Below are positions 22,706 through 35,856 of a DNA stretch of 64,000 nucleotides, in pieces; within the stretch, counting starts at the first letter, position 1; each line of letters starts with the position of its first letter. The stretch is from Piromyces finnis finn. Taxonomy: Eukaryota > Fungi > Neocallimastigomycota. Location of the stretch: the NCBI GenBank assembly GCA_002104945.1, contig MCFH01000016.1, forward strand, positions 248,001 through 312,000, written 5' to 3'. Both the position numbers and the translations under genes were made by a program. Under the pieces are notes generated by a model. That model saw only the letters and a list, made by a program, of their open reading frames with translations. It was not told where the DNA came from and ran no database searches.

Positions 22706-24818
22706 ATATGAATGTTATTTATAATACTTTTAAATTTATTTTTGATTTTTTGATATATTCCCTACTATTTTTGTTAGACCTGAAACAATAAAAGATTTCT
22801 ATTGTATGTCTTTCACAGAAAATCCTTCAGAAATTGTAATAGGAGGGAGTATTGATTCTCTTTTAATAATGAATGTTAATAGAGGAGCTATCACTAATAA
22901 AGTAAGAATTTAATTTATTTAATTGAATAATGTAAAATTTTATATTAACCAATGGTATATTATTAAATTTATAATGTGTATAAAAATAAATTGCCGTATT
23001 GAATAGATTGATACCAATGATAATACTATAATTATGAAAAAAACAAAACAAATATTTTGTGCTTCATCATCAGGATATGTATATATGAGAGACCCTCGAT
23101 CATTTAAAGTAGAAAATAAAATTCAAGTACATAACGGCACCATAAGTGATATAGACATTAATAATAATATTTTAGCAACATGTGGATTTTCACAAAGGTA
23201 GTTTCTTAATTTATTATATATAAAAAAGTTATATACTATAAATAAAAATATAAATATATTACATTTAAAAAACAATTATCATATTAAAATAATATTATAA
23301 ATCAATATCAATAAAAATTCATGATAATGAATAAATAATTTACTAAAAAAAAAAAATAAAAGAGGAAATATGGCATTAGATCCAATGATTAAATTATTTG
23401 ATATAAGAACAATGAAAAGTCTTGATCCAATATCGTTAGAAAACGGACCATCTTTTTTAAAATTCCATCCTAAATATTCTTCTATGTTGACATCTATATC
23501 TCAATCAGGAGAATTAATTATCGTTAATATAAATCAACCATCAGAAATAGAGTATTATGATGTAATTAAAGAATTTTAATAAATATATATATATATATAT
23601 TTTATAAAAAAAAATCAAATCGATATTTTATTAATAATCATTTTTATTATAATTCAATAAATTAAATATATCTACTCAAAAATGGATAAATTATATAATA
23701 AACTAAAAAGATTCCAATCAATGGTTATTGCTCAGCATTTGATGTATCACCAACGGGTGAAGTCATTGCATTTGGTGATGCTTCTGGAATTATACATCAA
23801 TGGTCAGACAAAGAAAAAGCAATGATTACTTTCGATCCACATCAAACTGAAATTGTTAGTCCAATAAATCCACCACAAGTAATCATAGATGATAACTCGT
23901 AAATATTCAAAAAATATTAATAAAAATAATAATAATAATATATATATATATAATATTTTATCTTAAAATGATATTTATTCCTATTTTTCTTCGGACTTTA
24001 CCAACACATATAATTTATATGAACATGAATTGTATATAATAAATGTAAAAGTCCTTTATCATTAATAGGTATGCCATATTATAATGATCGTCTTTTATCA
24101 GCATGGCCATCCAATATGACTTTTTCTATTGGAAGACCACCACCAAAAATCCCAGAAGATATTTTAGCTAGTATGAAAAAAATTGATTTTATGGGATACT
24201 CTAAAAATGACAGTCAATACGTTCGTAATCAATCATATTTCTATACCAATCCGGAAATTGAGGACAACGAAGTACCAAAATTCCGTTCAGAACAAGAAAG
24301 AGAAAAAATATATAAAAAGTTTATTAAGAAAGAAGTAAATTCTTTTAATAAAATATTTTTTATCTATCTATATATCTATATATTAATAAACTAATATAAA
24401 AATAATATAAATATATAAATGAATCTTTATCCTTTTTAATATGAAAATATATAAAAATATAAAATTACTTTAAAATATTTTTATATTACAATATATATAT
24501 ACATAAACAGCCTGAAATTCATAAAGTTCATGATGAATCGATATCTATTGATGTTATACCACCAAGTTATTATAGAAAAGTTGAAATTAAATATAGTAGA
24601 TTTGGTGTGGAAGATTTTGATTTTGGGTAAAACACTAAATTAAAATATTATTCAATAAAATGCATAGTTATATAATTTATTATAGCTATTACAAAAATTT
24701 ATAAAAAAAATAACTTTTTTTTTAATTATTAAATATATAAAGATATATATTTATATATAAAATTTCAAATACCTTTTATTCTATTTATTCTAATTTTTTT
24801 TATTACAACTATTACAAC

Positions 24819-24912
<94 letters not shown>

Positions 24913-27672
24913 TAATAAAAAAACAGATTTTATAATAAAACTCAATATGCAGGTTTAGAAACAGATATTCAGAATTCATATTGTAATTCAATAATTCAAG
25001 TTATGTTTTTCAATGAACCTCTAAAAAATATTGTTAAATCTCATATCAAAACCAATTGTCTTAAAGAATTTTGTTTAAGTTGTGAACTTGGATTTATTGT
25101 ACGAATGTTAGAAGATGCTAAAGGATCAAATTGTCAAGCCTCTAACTTTTTACGAGCATTTGGAACAATACCTCAAGGTATGATATGATAAATTTAAAAT
25201 AAAAACTACGAAAAGATCCTATATATATAATAAAAATATAAGGATACGGCTATCATATTAATTATAAATTTTAATTCTAATACTGTAATTTATATATTTT
25301 TATAAATTAGCCTCTGCATTAGGTTTATTTGAACCTCAACCACCTTTAGTTTGTAGTTCATACGCAGCCTTAATTCAGAATTTCAATCGTTTCATTTATG
25401 AACAATTACATTTAGAATTAAATAAACAACACAATAAACTTTATGTTAAAAGTGATTATTATAAAAATAAGAATTTATCATATATTCAACAAGTCTTTGG
25501 TATAGAAATAGAATCTATTAGTCGTTGTCAATGTCTTTATGAAAATATTCGTCAAACTGTTATATATATTATTGATTTGGTGTATCCAAGAAATGTATGA
25601 GAAGAAAAAAAATAATAGCTTTTAAAATACAAAAATTTATGTTTTTTTTTTTTTTATTTTAAATATAACGTAACAAAATATATTAATCTTCTATTATAAT
25701 TTACATAACACTTTTTTTTTTTTTTTTCATTAGCAATCAAAATCTTCATTATCAATGAATTCATTAAAATTAAATGATACATCCTTTACTGAAGTTCTTC
25801 AAAGCAGTATACAGAAAGAAAATCAAACAAAGGCTTGGTGTAATAAATGTAGTAAATATCAACCAACAACTCAATTAAAGTATTTGAAATGTTTACCATA
25901 CGTATTAAATATTAATTGTTGTGTTACCAGTGAAAAGGAATTAATATATTGGAAAAAAGGTAGAAAAAATATTAATATTTTGCATAAAATTTATTTAAAT
26001 ATGATTATTTTAACCAATTTTTATATATAACAAAAAAATAATAATAATGCATACATACAATATATAGATAATATACATAATGCTTCATGGCTTCCACCAG
26101 TGTAAATATTAATTATATATATTATATTCTTTATAAAATAAATTTAAAAATAGACTATATTTTATTTAGAAATGGCTTTAAAAATTTTTTTAAAAATTCA
26201 ATTTATATATTTTATTCTTATAAAAATATTTATTTAACCTAATTTTTTTAGTATTGTCATTGAGTTGAAAAGTAAAGGATGTTTAGAAATTAGAGAATTT
26301 GATCCTATTAATGATAAAGATTTGGTTAATTCTAAGACTGTTGGTATCTATAAATTAAAGGTATTTATTAAAAAAAATAATAATATTAATAATAAATAAT
26401 AAATAATAAACAATAATAATAATAATAACAATTTATATTTGATATCCTTATTTTTTTATTATTATTATTATTAGGCTACTATTGTAGAAATTGCCCATGA
26501 TAAGGATTCTCTTCATTTAGTATCCCATATAAATGGTAAATATTTCCTAATAGCATTTTCTAACTTATATATAATTTTTAATTCACAACTAAATTTTTTA
26601 TTTCCTTTTTACTATAGTCAGTGAAAATAATCAAAAGGATGATTGGTATTTATTTAATGATTTCCTTGTTCAACAAATATCACAAGAAGAAGTATTATCA
26701 TATAGAAAATGGAAGGTTAGTAAAATAAAAAAAAAACTATAAATAGTTTTTAAAAAAATTAATATATAAAGTAGTATAATAATAATTATATATTTAATTT
26801 AATAATTATTTAAATAGATTCCATCTATTGTTCAATATGTTAGAACCAATTTAAATGAATTATTAGATTTATCTGTATTACCATCAACCACAGATACCTC
26901 AATTTTGGTTAAAGAATCATTCTTAAAGTTAGTTTAATCATAGAATTTAGTTTGAAATATATTAATATTCTAGATCATAAAATTCTATATTCATATTTAT
27001 TTTAAATAATTATGATGATGCTGATACCTTTTAATATATTTAATAGTCGTAGAAAAAATATTATTACTACATGTGAACCATTCACAGAAGATGAAATTCC
27101 AAAACAACCAGGTTATTTATGTGCCATTGATGCAGAATTTGTTGCTTTAAATAAGGTAATTCTAAAAAGGAAAAAAATAAAAAATAAATAAATTTATATA
27201 TTATATGAAAATCTGTAAACAAAAATGAAAAAAGAAAATATTTTTCTACTAGTTTTTTCTTTTTTCTTTTTTTTTTTTACTTATTACATTTTAATGACTT
27301 TATTTTTTTAAAAAAAAAAAAAACATTTTTGTAGGAAGAAACCGAAATTCGTAGTGATGGTACAAAATCTTTAATTAGACCACCAAGAATGGGATTAGCT
27401 AGAGTTAGTGTATTAAGAGGTTCTGGACCCAAAGAGATTACACCATTTATTGATGATTATATTTCATCAAGTGAAATGATTGTAGATTACCTTACTGAAT
27501 ATTCTGGTATTAAAGGTAAAATATATATATATATATATATATATGATTAATACATTAATTGAAGTATATATAATAAAAAATAAATAAACTTTATTTTTTT
27601 TAATTAATAGCCGGTGATTTAGATCCAGCTTTATCTAGACACATGTTAGTTCCATTAAAGGTAGATAAATAA

Positions 27673-27705
<33 letters not shown>

Positions 27706-28443
27706 TTATAAAAATAATAATTAATATTAAAATAATTTTTGCTATTAATAATATTATTTCCTATAAGGCATCCTATAAAAAATTACGTCTTTTAGTAGAT
27801 AAAGGTTGTATATTTATTGGTCATGGTTTAGCAAATGATTTCCGTATTATTAGTAAATATCAGAAAATAATAAATTATAAAATAAACTAAAAAAAAAAAA
27901 TTATTAATCATTTTATTTAATTTTTTTTTTTTTTCCATTCTATAAAATATAAAAGATATTTATGTCCCACCAGAACAAATCATTGATACAGTACAAATCT
28001 TCTTTATTAAGAATCGTCAACGTAAAATCTCTCTACGTTTCTTGGCATGGTATTTATTAAAAGAAGATATTCAAGTTGAAACTCATGATAGTATTGAAGA
28101 TGCCAGAACGGTAATTATTTTTCTTAATTTTAATAATATTATATAAATATATATAAATTAATTAGAAAAAAAAAATGGATATAAATAAATATTAATATAT
28201 AATATATGTATATGTATATATATGTATATAGGCACTCCTTATTTATAAAGAATATTTGAAATTAAAGAAAGAAGGTAGATTTGAAGAAGTTTTAGAAGAT
28301 ATTTATAAAGAAGGTAAATAAAAAATGCAATATAATAATTATTCTTTTCACAGCGCCTACATTATCCCTAACATTTTTATTATATTATATAAAAATAATA
28401 ATAATAATTAGGAGCATCCTTAAATTGGAACATCCCAAAATAA
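22123..28443 (+). CDS. PAN2: PAN2-PAN3 deadenylase catalytic subunit (WD40 + pseudo-UCH + DEDD exonuclease)
   Basis: [29 protein letters not shown]|[87 protein letters not shown] and [10 protein letters not shown], across roughly 25 exons. Stop at 28441-28443. Confidence 0.97.
24819..24912 (+). repeat. (TTA)n microsatellite in a PAN2 intron
   Basis: About 30 uninterrupted TTA units. Confidence 0.95.
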
Positions 28444-28804
28444 TTTTTTTACTAAATTTTTTTTTTATATTCATACTAACACACACCATGTTGATCTTAT
28501 TTTATTAATTGTATATAACAAAGAATAAAAATAAAAAATAAATAAATAAATAAAAAAAAGTAAAAAAAAAAAAAAATGCTTTTTTATTATTATTATTTCA
28601 ATTTATCTTTTATACACTTTACATTTTGATTTTTGAAGTATTTTTATACTTTTCTCTATCGAAAATTAAAAAAAAAATAAAGTTAATTGCTTTTTATCAT
28701 GAATGAATTATAAAATTTTTAGTTAATTACATCATCATTATTTCTTTTTTTAATAAAAAAAAATTTCTTTGTATCTATATATTTTTTCTTATTGTTTAAA
28801 ATCT

Positions 28805-29690
28805 ATAATTTATTTTTTATGATGAAAATTACGATAACCTTCTTTATCGTAATTTTCATGATATATGGTATAACCATCAACTTTATTATTACCAGCACTA
28901 GCATCCTAATTTCACTAATTCATCTATTAGATCATTTAAAACAGAATATTCGTCAATATCGTATGTTCCAAACGACATATTCACTATTGTTTTATTTGGA
29001 TTAACTATTTTAGCTCTATCTTTTAGGTAAGTTAATGCAAGCAATACACTTCCAATACTCATATCCGTTGCGAGAGCATATGAATATTGGCTTTTTTAGC
29101 TACTCCGAAAAAATGACCTGCTGCTACAGAAGCTACTCTTGTTTCATGCATTGGCATTTTACCATTATTTTCTATTTTTTATCTGTGATTTCCAAATTTC
29201 CATTTTTGATAATGGCATCGCATGTTACTGTTCTTTTTATTGGTTCTCCATTTTCTTCATTGTTGGTGAAATCAAGATGCATTGTATTTATTCCACGGTC
29301 AATAATATAAATATCAACGCCTTCACCAGCAGAATCAGGTATATAATAATTAGTATCATATAAATGAACAAGATTGTTGTCATATTTATATTGTGATATT
29401 AAAGAGAGATGATTATATGCTTCTTTCTGTATTTTGACTTCCTTTCAATTAGTTTTTTCCTTTATTTTTATAATGTCATAATAATTATCATCAATGTCAC
29501 CTCTTTTCTCCTCATCTCCATGATTAGTAGTAATTACTAATCATGACTGTGAATTCAATGATTATTCATCTAATTCTGTATCCTCAACATAAGTTATAAT
29601 TCCTTCCATAGCATTAACATATTTTGCAACTTTTTCATTAAGATAACCATATAACACATCTATATTTTTGTTAATACTTGCTTTTTTTTT
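28805..29690 (-). pseudogene. Degraded S8 subtilisin/proteinase K-like serine protease
   Basis: Minus-strand reading gives an I9-like propeptide end (VLYGYLNEKVAKYVNAMEGIITYVED), then several in-frame stops (29564-62, 29543-41). After that come YNHLSLISQY..YYIPDSAGEGVDIYIIDRGIN (Asp motif), and after frameshifts HETRVASVAAGHFFGVAKKANIHM (His motif, HGT to HET), TIVNMSFG and ASAGNN (oxyanion Asn). No GTS catalytic-Ser motif follows. Confidence 0.85.
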
Positions 29691-30032
29691 TTTTTTTATT
29701 TTTATATTCAGAAATTGTTTTTTTTTTTTTTTTGTGTAACCTGTTAAAATTAAACAATATATTAAATATATAATAATTATATTAACTAATATATCAATAA
29801 TACAAGTAATGGTCTACAGAAATTTAGGACAGTATGTATGTTACATATAAATTTTATATAATTCATTAACTACTACAATAAAATTCGTTTTTTTTAATAA
29901 ATAAAAAAAAAAAATAATATGAATATGTAAATAAAATAAAACCCTTATTCTTCACTTTTTAATTATTTATAGGTGAAAGAACATGGAATTCCATTTTAAA
30001 TTAGTCGAATAATGATGAATAATGATAATAGT

Positions 30033-30063
<31 letters not shown>

Positions 30064-31085
30064 ATATTATATAGTTAGGTAAAAGAGAGAATGGAAAGAA
30101 TAAAAAAAATAAAAAATTTTTTAACAGTAACAATACTAGTAATAATAACTATAATATGTAATATGTAATATTTATTTTCATATATGTCAATAAAATATAA
30201 TATTATAATTATATATTCATTAGCCTTTGTATTTCTATATCAATTATATAATTAACAATAGTAATAATAGAAATAAAAAAAAAAAAAATCTATTTTACTA
30301 TTTAAAATCAAATTTTATTTATTGGCCTACCTTTTTATATAAAATATATACCTTTTATGCTTATATTTTTTTTTATTCTTAATATCATATTTACACTTTG
30401 TGTTTTTTATTATTAATCAAGTTTTTCATACACTTGTATTTTTTTTATCTTATATAATTATTTTTATTTTTATGGTTTTCTTTTTCCTTTTTTTTTTTTA
30501 AATAAAATAAATGGACTTCACAGTGAAAGGAAAGACTTTCTTTTAAAACTAATTATTAAATAATGGTAAATTAATTATATAATGATAGGATTATGAAACA
30601 TATTTTGGTCAAATAATAGTATTAAAAAAATAACAAAAAATAATAAAGAAGGTGTAATGTATTAAAGTTCATAGAGTAAAATAATTATATTTATTAGTCT
30701 ATTGAAGATAATTATATGTTTTAATTATTACATATGTTACACATTAAATATACCAAATATTTTACATTTATGAATATCCTATTAATTAAATACTGTGGTT
30801 TATATAATAAAAGTATACATTTATATGCAATAATTAGGCATTATTAAAACACTTTATGATTAATCCTATAAAGAATATTAGCATGATGTATCATTTCCAT
30901 TATAATATATCATGAAAAAAAATTTATTATTATTTACATGTTATATACAATAAATAAATAATTATATGGAATAGAATAGAATAGATATAATATCATATAA
31001 ATATTCTTTTTTTTTTTTTTTTATTGTAAAAATTAACGATAATAAAATTTGTATAGTATAAAAAAAAAAGTAAAATTAAATAATA

Positions 31086-31122
<37 letters not shown>

Positions 31123-31430
31123 CTAATAATCGTTAGAAAATTAAAAACAGATATTATATTTTTACATAGTTTAATAAATAAAATAAAAATAGATTGGGTT
31201 TAAATATTAAAAAGTATTATAAATATATACTATTATAAAAATATATATATAATATTATTAATAAATAGATTATAAATTTTTTTTTCAGGTTTAAAAATAA
31301 CCTCAGAAATACTTTTCATCTGAATTAAAAGAAAATAATTAAGGGGGTTTTCAGGTTTTTTTGGGTTCCTTTAAGAATATATATATATATTTATTTCATC
31401 ATGGGGAGTAAAAATTATATTGTATTATAT

Positions 31431-33093
31431 TTAGGATTCATATTGATTTTGCATAGAAGCCGTCAATGGTACACCCATATCTGTTTCAATATAACTATGA
31501 TATTTACTAATATTTTGATCTCTGCTAATTTTTCTTCTTTCTTGTTCACGTGCAACCCTCTTTTTCTTTTCATGATCTTGGTAGAAACAATAACAAATAA
31601 ATCCTATTAATAAAGTACAAACTAAGATAATAATACCCACAATATGTTGAACTTCGAATTTTTCACTGTCCGAAACGATAAATCTTCTAATATTAATAAC
31701 AATACCAACAACTAATACAATAATCCAAAGAATTGGAATCATTTTTTGATTCCATTTGGATATCTTCTTTAAACGAGAAGATGTACCCCATCCATTATCC
31801 CAAAGGAAAAGTAAAGCTTGAATTTTTGCTGGTATAAAACCAATCAAGTAAACCACTCCATAAAACATATTAAATAAAAATTTTAATTTTTTCGTATAAA
31901 CTAAAGCATAGAAAGTTCTCAAAGCACCCATAATGAAAAGCGTTAATACCCATGTGATCATTTGCCATAAAGTACCCTTATAGATAAGAACGAGAAGAGA
32001 ATAAATTAAAATAAATGGATAAATAATATGGAAAATAATTTCGTAGGTCATCCATAAACTTTGAACAGGTGTAGCCTTGACAGCAAAGAGAGCTTCACGA
32101 TAAAACGATTTACTCCATCGAGTTTGTTGTGTAACCCATCTAATAAATGTTTCTGGAGTTTCCGTATAACAAAAAGCATATGGAGTATATTTCACGTATC
32201 TTCCAAGTGCTAAAGTTAAATTAGTTCTATTCATATCGTATCATTTATATTATTAAAAATGAAAAATAAAAAAAAAAAAGATATATATTTTCATTTTTAT
32301 TAATTTTATAAAATATGGGGTATTTTATAAAAAAAAAAAAAAAAGAATAAATATAAATTAGTATTCTATAAAAATTTATATTAAAAAAATTTTGTGTTTT
32401 ATTAAATTAGAAAAATAATATTATTGTATATTTAAAAAAATATTAAATACAAAATATATAATAATTATATATATACATTTTAAAAATATAAAATATAAAT
32501 ATATATATATAATATGTATATATATAAACTTACAAATGACGATCATCCCCATAAGTACAAAGAGATCCTAAAAATCTTTGCCTAATCCATTTATCAATAA
32601 TTTCTCTCAATACATCACTACGATAAATACCTAAAGGACCAGACACACAAGTAACACAATTTTGGAAAGATTGTGCAGAACGTTCCATATTGAAAGCAAA
32701 CCAATAACGAAGAGAAGATAAGAAAGAAAGCATAGTACCAGTATTCCAAATTCTAACATCACCAGTAGCTGCACCTACAAAATTATCATCCAACATAAAG
32801 GCTAATTCTTTAATACAATGAGTATCCAAAATGGTATCTGAATCGGTAACGACAACAGCTTCTACTTGACATTGTAATAAAACTTGGAAACCAGTATACA
32901 TAGCTGCTCTTTTACCAAAGTGTGCTATGATGATTTAAAAAAATAGAGAATATATATATATATTATATTATTTATATATTATGAATTATGATATATAAAT
33001 TATTTTAATATGTTAAAAAATATATAATAATAATAATAAGAATAAGAATAAGAATAATAAGAATAAGAATAAGAATAATAAGAATAAGAATAA

Positions 33094-33182
<89 letters not shown>

Positions 33183-33285
33183 GTAATAGTAAAATTATTA
33201 ATATTCTATTAAATATTAAAACTATATAAATATAAATATAATTTTACTAAAATTTTCAAATTTTTTTTAATTTTATTAGTAATAA

Positions 33286-33344
<59 letters not shown>

Positions 33345-34568
33345 GACTTTATATCTACGTACGTTGCATAATACAAACAGGACCCATACATTTTTTAACT
33401 TCTTCCACTAACTTAATTGCTCTTTGTTCAAACATTTCAATATCTTGAAGTCTAAAATCAGTGGTAATAACACGATGATCCCATTTTGAAAAAACTTTAG
33501 AAAAGATATCACCCATATAACGATCCTCTTCATCATTACCATCAACAACAACAATAATTCTTTCATTTTTAGCATATCTTAAATAAGTAATGGATTTAAG
33601 ACACCCTCTAAATAATTCTGGATCTTCTCTATACCCTACAACTAATAAACCAGTAGAAAGACCAGTCCAATCCTTAAGTCTTCTATTCTTTTTTTTAGTA
33701 ACTTTACGATAATTAAGATAGGCAAACAAGGCTTGTACAAAATAATGGATTACAATAACCAAACCATAAAAACCTAAAGTCCATAATGTTGTTCTAACAA
33801 TTGCTTGTCCGATAATATAACCTGATAAATTTTTTTATTTTTTTTTTTTTTTGTTAGTATACTTTAAAATTCTAATAATTTAATTATTAGAAATAATATA
33901 AGAATGAAAATATAATAAAATATATTTAAATATAAAACTTCTAATTGATTAAAAAAAATTTTTTTTATAATACTATTATTATATATAAAAATATTTCAAT
34001 TTTGGTTTATTATTATTTCTATTATCCTATTTTTAAATCCTTGATTAGATATATTCATAAAATATTTTATCTACTTGTATTTTATTTCAAAAAAAAAAAA
34101 ATTAATATTTTAAAATTTACCAACAATAACTGGTGTAATTAATAATAATGAAGCCGCAAAAGTCCATATTAAAACAATTTTTCTTTGTGTTTTTTCTTTT
34201 GGTGTTTGTGGATCCGCTAATGGTACTCTAGGAGCATTATATCTATTAGGATATTCACCTACGTTTTGAGTAGAATAGGTATAGTTGGTACTATTTTGAA
34301 GATTTTGATTAAATGAATTGTATTTACTGTAAGTTTTATCATCAGGATAGGTGTTATTATCAATTGAAATGGTATTCATGGGAATATCATTTGCTCCATT
34401 AATTTTATTGGCATTAGAAATATCACCATCTCCACCATTATAATTATAATCGGGGTATTCATTTAGTGATTGCTTACTTGACGGTGGTGGTATATAGTCT
34501 GATGGTGGATTATTATATATACTTGGTCTATAATATTGACTACTTTCTGTATTAGTATACTTGGACAT
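31431..34568 (-). CDS. Class I hyaluronan-synthase-like processive GT2 membrane glycosyltransferase (697 aa)
   Basis: Exons 34568-34121, 33821-33363, 32924-32534 and 32226-31431 total 2094 nt and the phases match. Motifs: GYREDP, VVVDGN, CIMQPHFGKRAAMYTGF, VTDSDT, GDVRIWN, LSSLRYWFAFNMERSAQS, CVTCVSGPLGIYR, CTYGDDRHLTN, TETP, QQTRWSKSFYRE, WGTSSR. Two N-terminal TMs and about five C-terminal TM/interface helices. Confidence 0.92.
33025..33341 (+). repeat. Compound (AATAAG)n-(AAT)n array plus A50 tract in intron 2 of the HAS-like gene
   Basis: Array at 33025-33190 and homopolymer A at 33292-33341, read directly. Confidence 0.9.
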
Positions 34569-35690
34569 GATTTCTAACTTTTTTTTATTTTAACTCCCAA
34601 TTTTTATAATATAACCTTTTTTTATATATATACTTTTTTTTTTTTTTTGTTTTAGTTTTTTATTTCACTTTTTTTTATTTTTTTTTTCAATTTATTTTTA
34701 ACTTTATTATAAATGATAATTTATTAAATACTTTATCATTTATAATAATGTTTTTTTTTCTACTTGAATAATAATTCTATTAAGTATAAATTAATTATAG
34801 GTATTAAAAAAGTAAAAAAAAAAAATTGAAAAATGAGTAAAATAAAATAAAATAAAATGTTAAATGATATTCAATAATGACATTACCAAGTAATTTTAAT
34901 TATTAAAATAAATCTATTATTCTTATAATAATTAATTAATTTCATATGTATTTCCTACATACATTTTAAAGTAAAATAATTATGAAAATAGACTTTAATC
35001 AAATTAAAATTCCTTTTAATTAAAAAAAAATAATAATAATAATTAATTATTTATTATATTGAAAAAATAAAAATAAAAATAAGCAGTATAATTTTTTTTA
35101 CAGATTTTCCAATTTTCTGCTTATTAAGAAGGCATTGACTTTAATTAAAAAAAAAAACTTTTTTTTTAATATAATTATTTAAACTTTAATTAATTTAATA
35201 TATATTTTTTATAAAAAGATAAAATAAAAAAAAATTATAAAAAAAAGGTAATGTTGTTTAAAACAAATAATAAAATTTTATTTCTTCATATTACCATTAT
35301 ATAAAAAAAAAAAAAAAAGAAATCCCTTTTTTTTTTATATATATACAATATATTCAAATTTGTTACAGGTGTAATGTCAACTAAAAAAGTTCAAAAAAAT
35401 TAATTAAAAAAAGTTTATTCTATTAAAAATATTTCTACAGAATCCTACATAAATAAATTAATTCTTTAAAAGAATGAAAAAAAATGTTACATTAAAAGAA
35501 GAAAAAAAAAGTTTAAATATAATATTTTAAAGTAAATAATTATTAAAATTACTTTAAACTATTATATTTAAACCATTGTAATTACAATTTAATATGTAGT
35601 AGCAAATATATATAATCTTTATTATTTAAATTTTAAAATTTAAATTAATAAAAACTATCATTTATCCATAATAATTCTTAAAGGCTTTCC

Positions 35691-35856
35691 GTAAGTTTTT
35701 TTTTCTTAATTTGAATTCTATTTTTTTTTTTTTTTTTGATAATATATAACTTTGAAGAAATTATACAAATGTAAGTTGTTTTTTTTTTTTCTTAATTTGA
35801 ATTCTATTTTTTTTTTTTTTTAATAATAAATAACTTTGAAGAAATTATACAAATGT
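35691..35856 (+). repeat. Imperfect ~80-bp tandem duplication
   Basis: Two units GTAAGTT-polyT-CTTAATTTGAATTCTA-polyT-..TAACTTTGAAGAAATTATACAAATGTA, starting at 35691 and 35771. Confidence 0.9.

Noticed and set aside
28792-29363. Three plus-strand ORFs (28792-29004, 29035-29310, 29139-29363)
   Set aside because: Antisense to the subtilisin pseudogene, which explains the composition.
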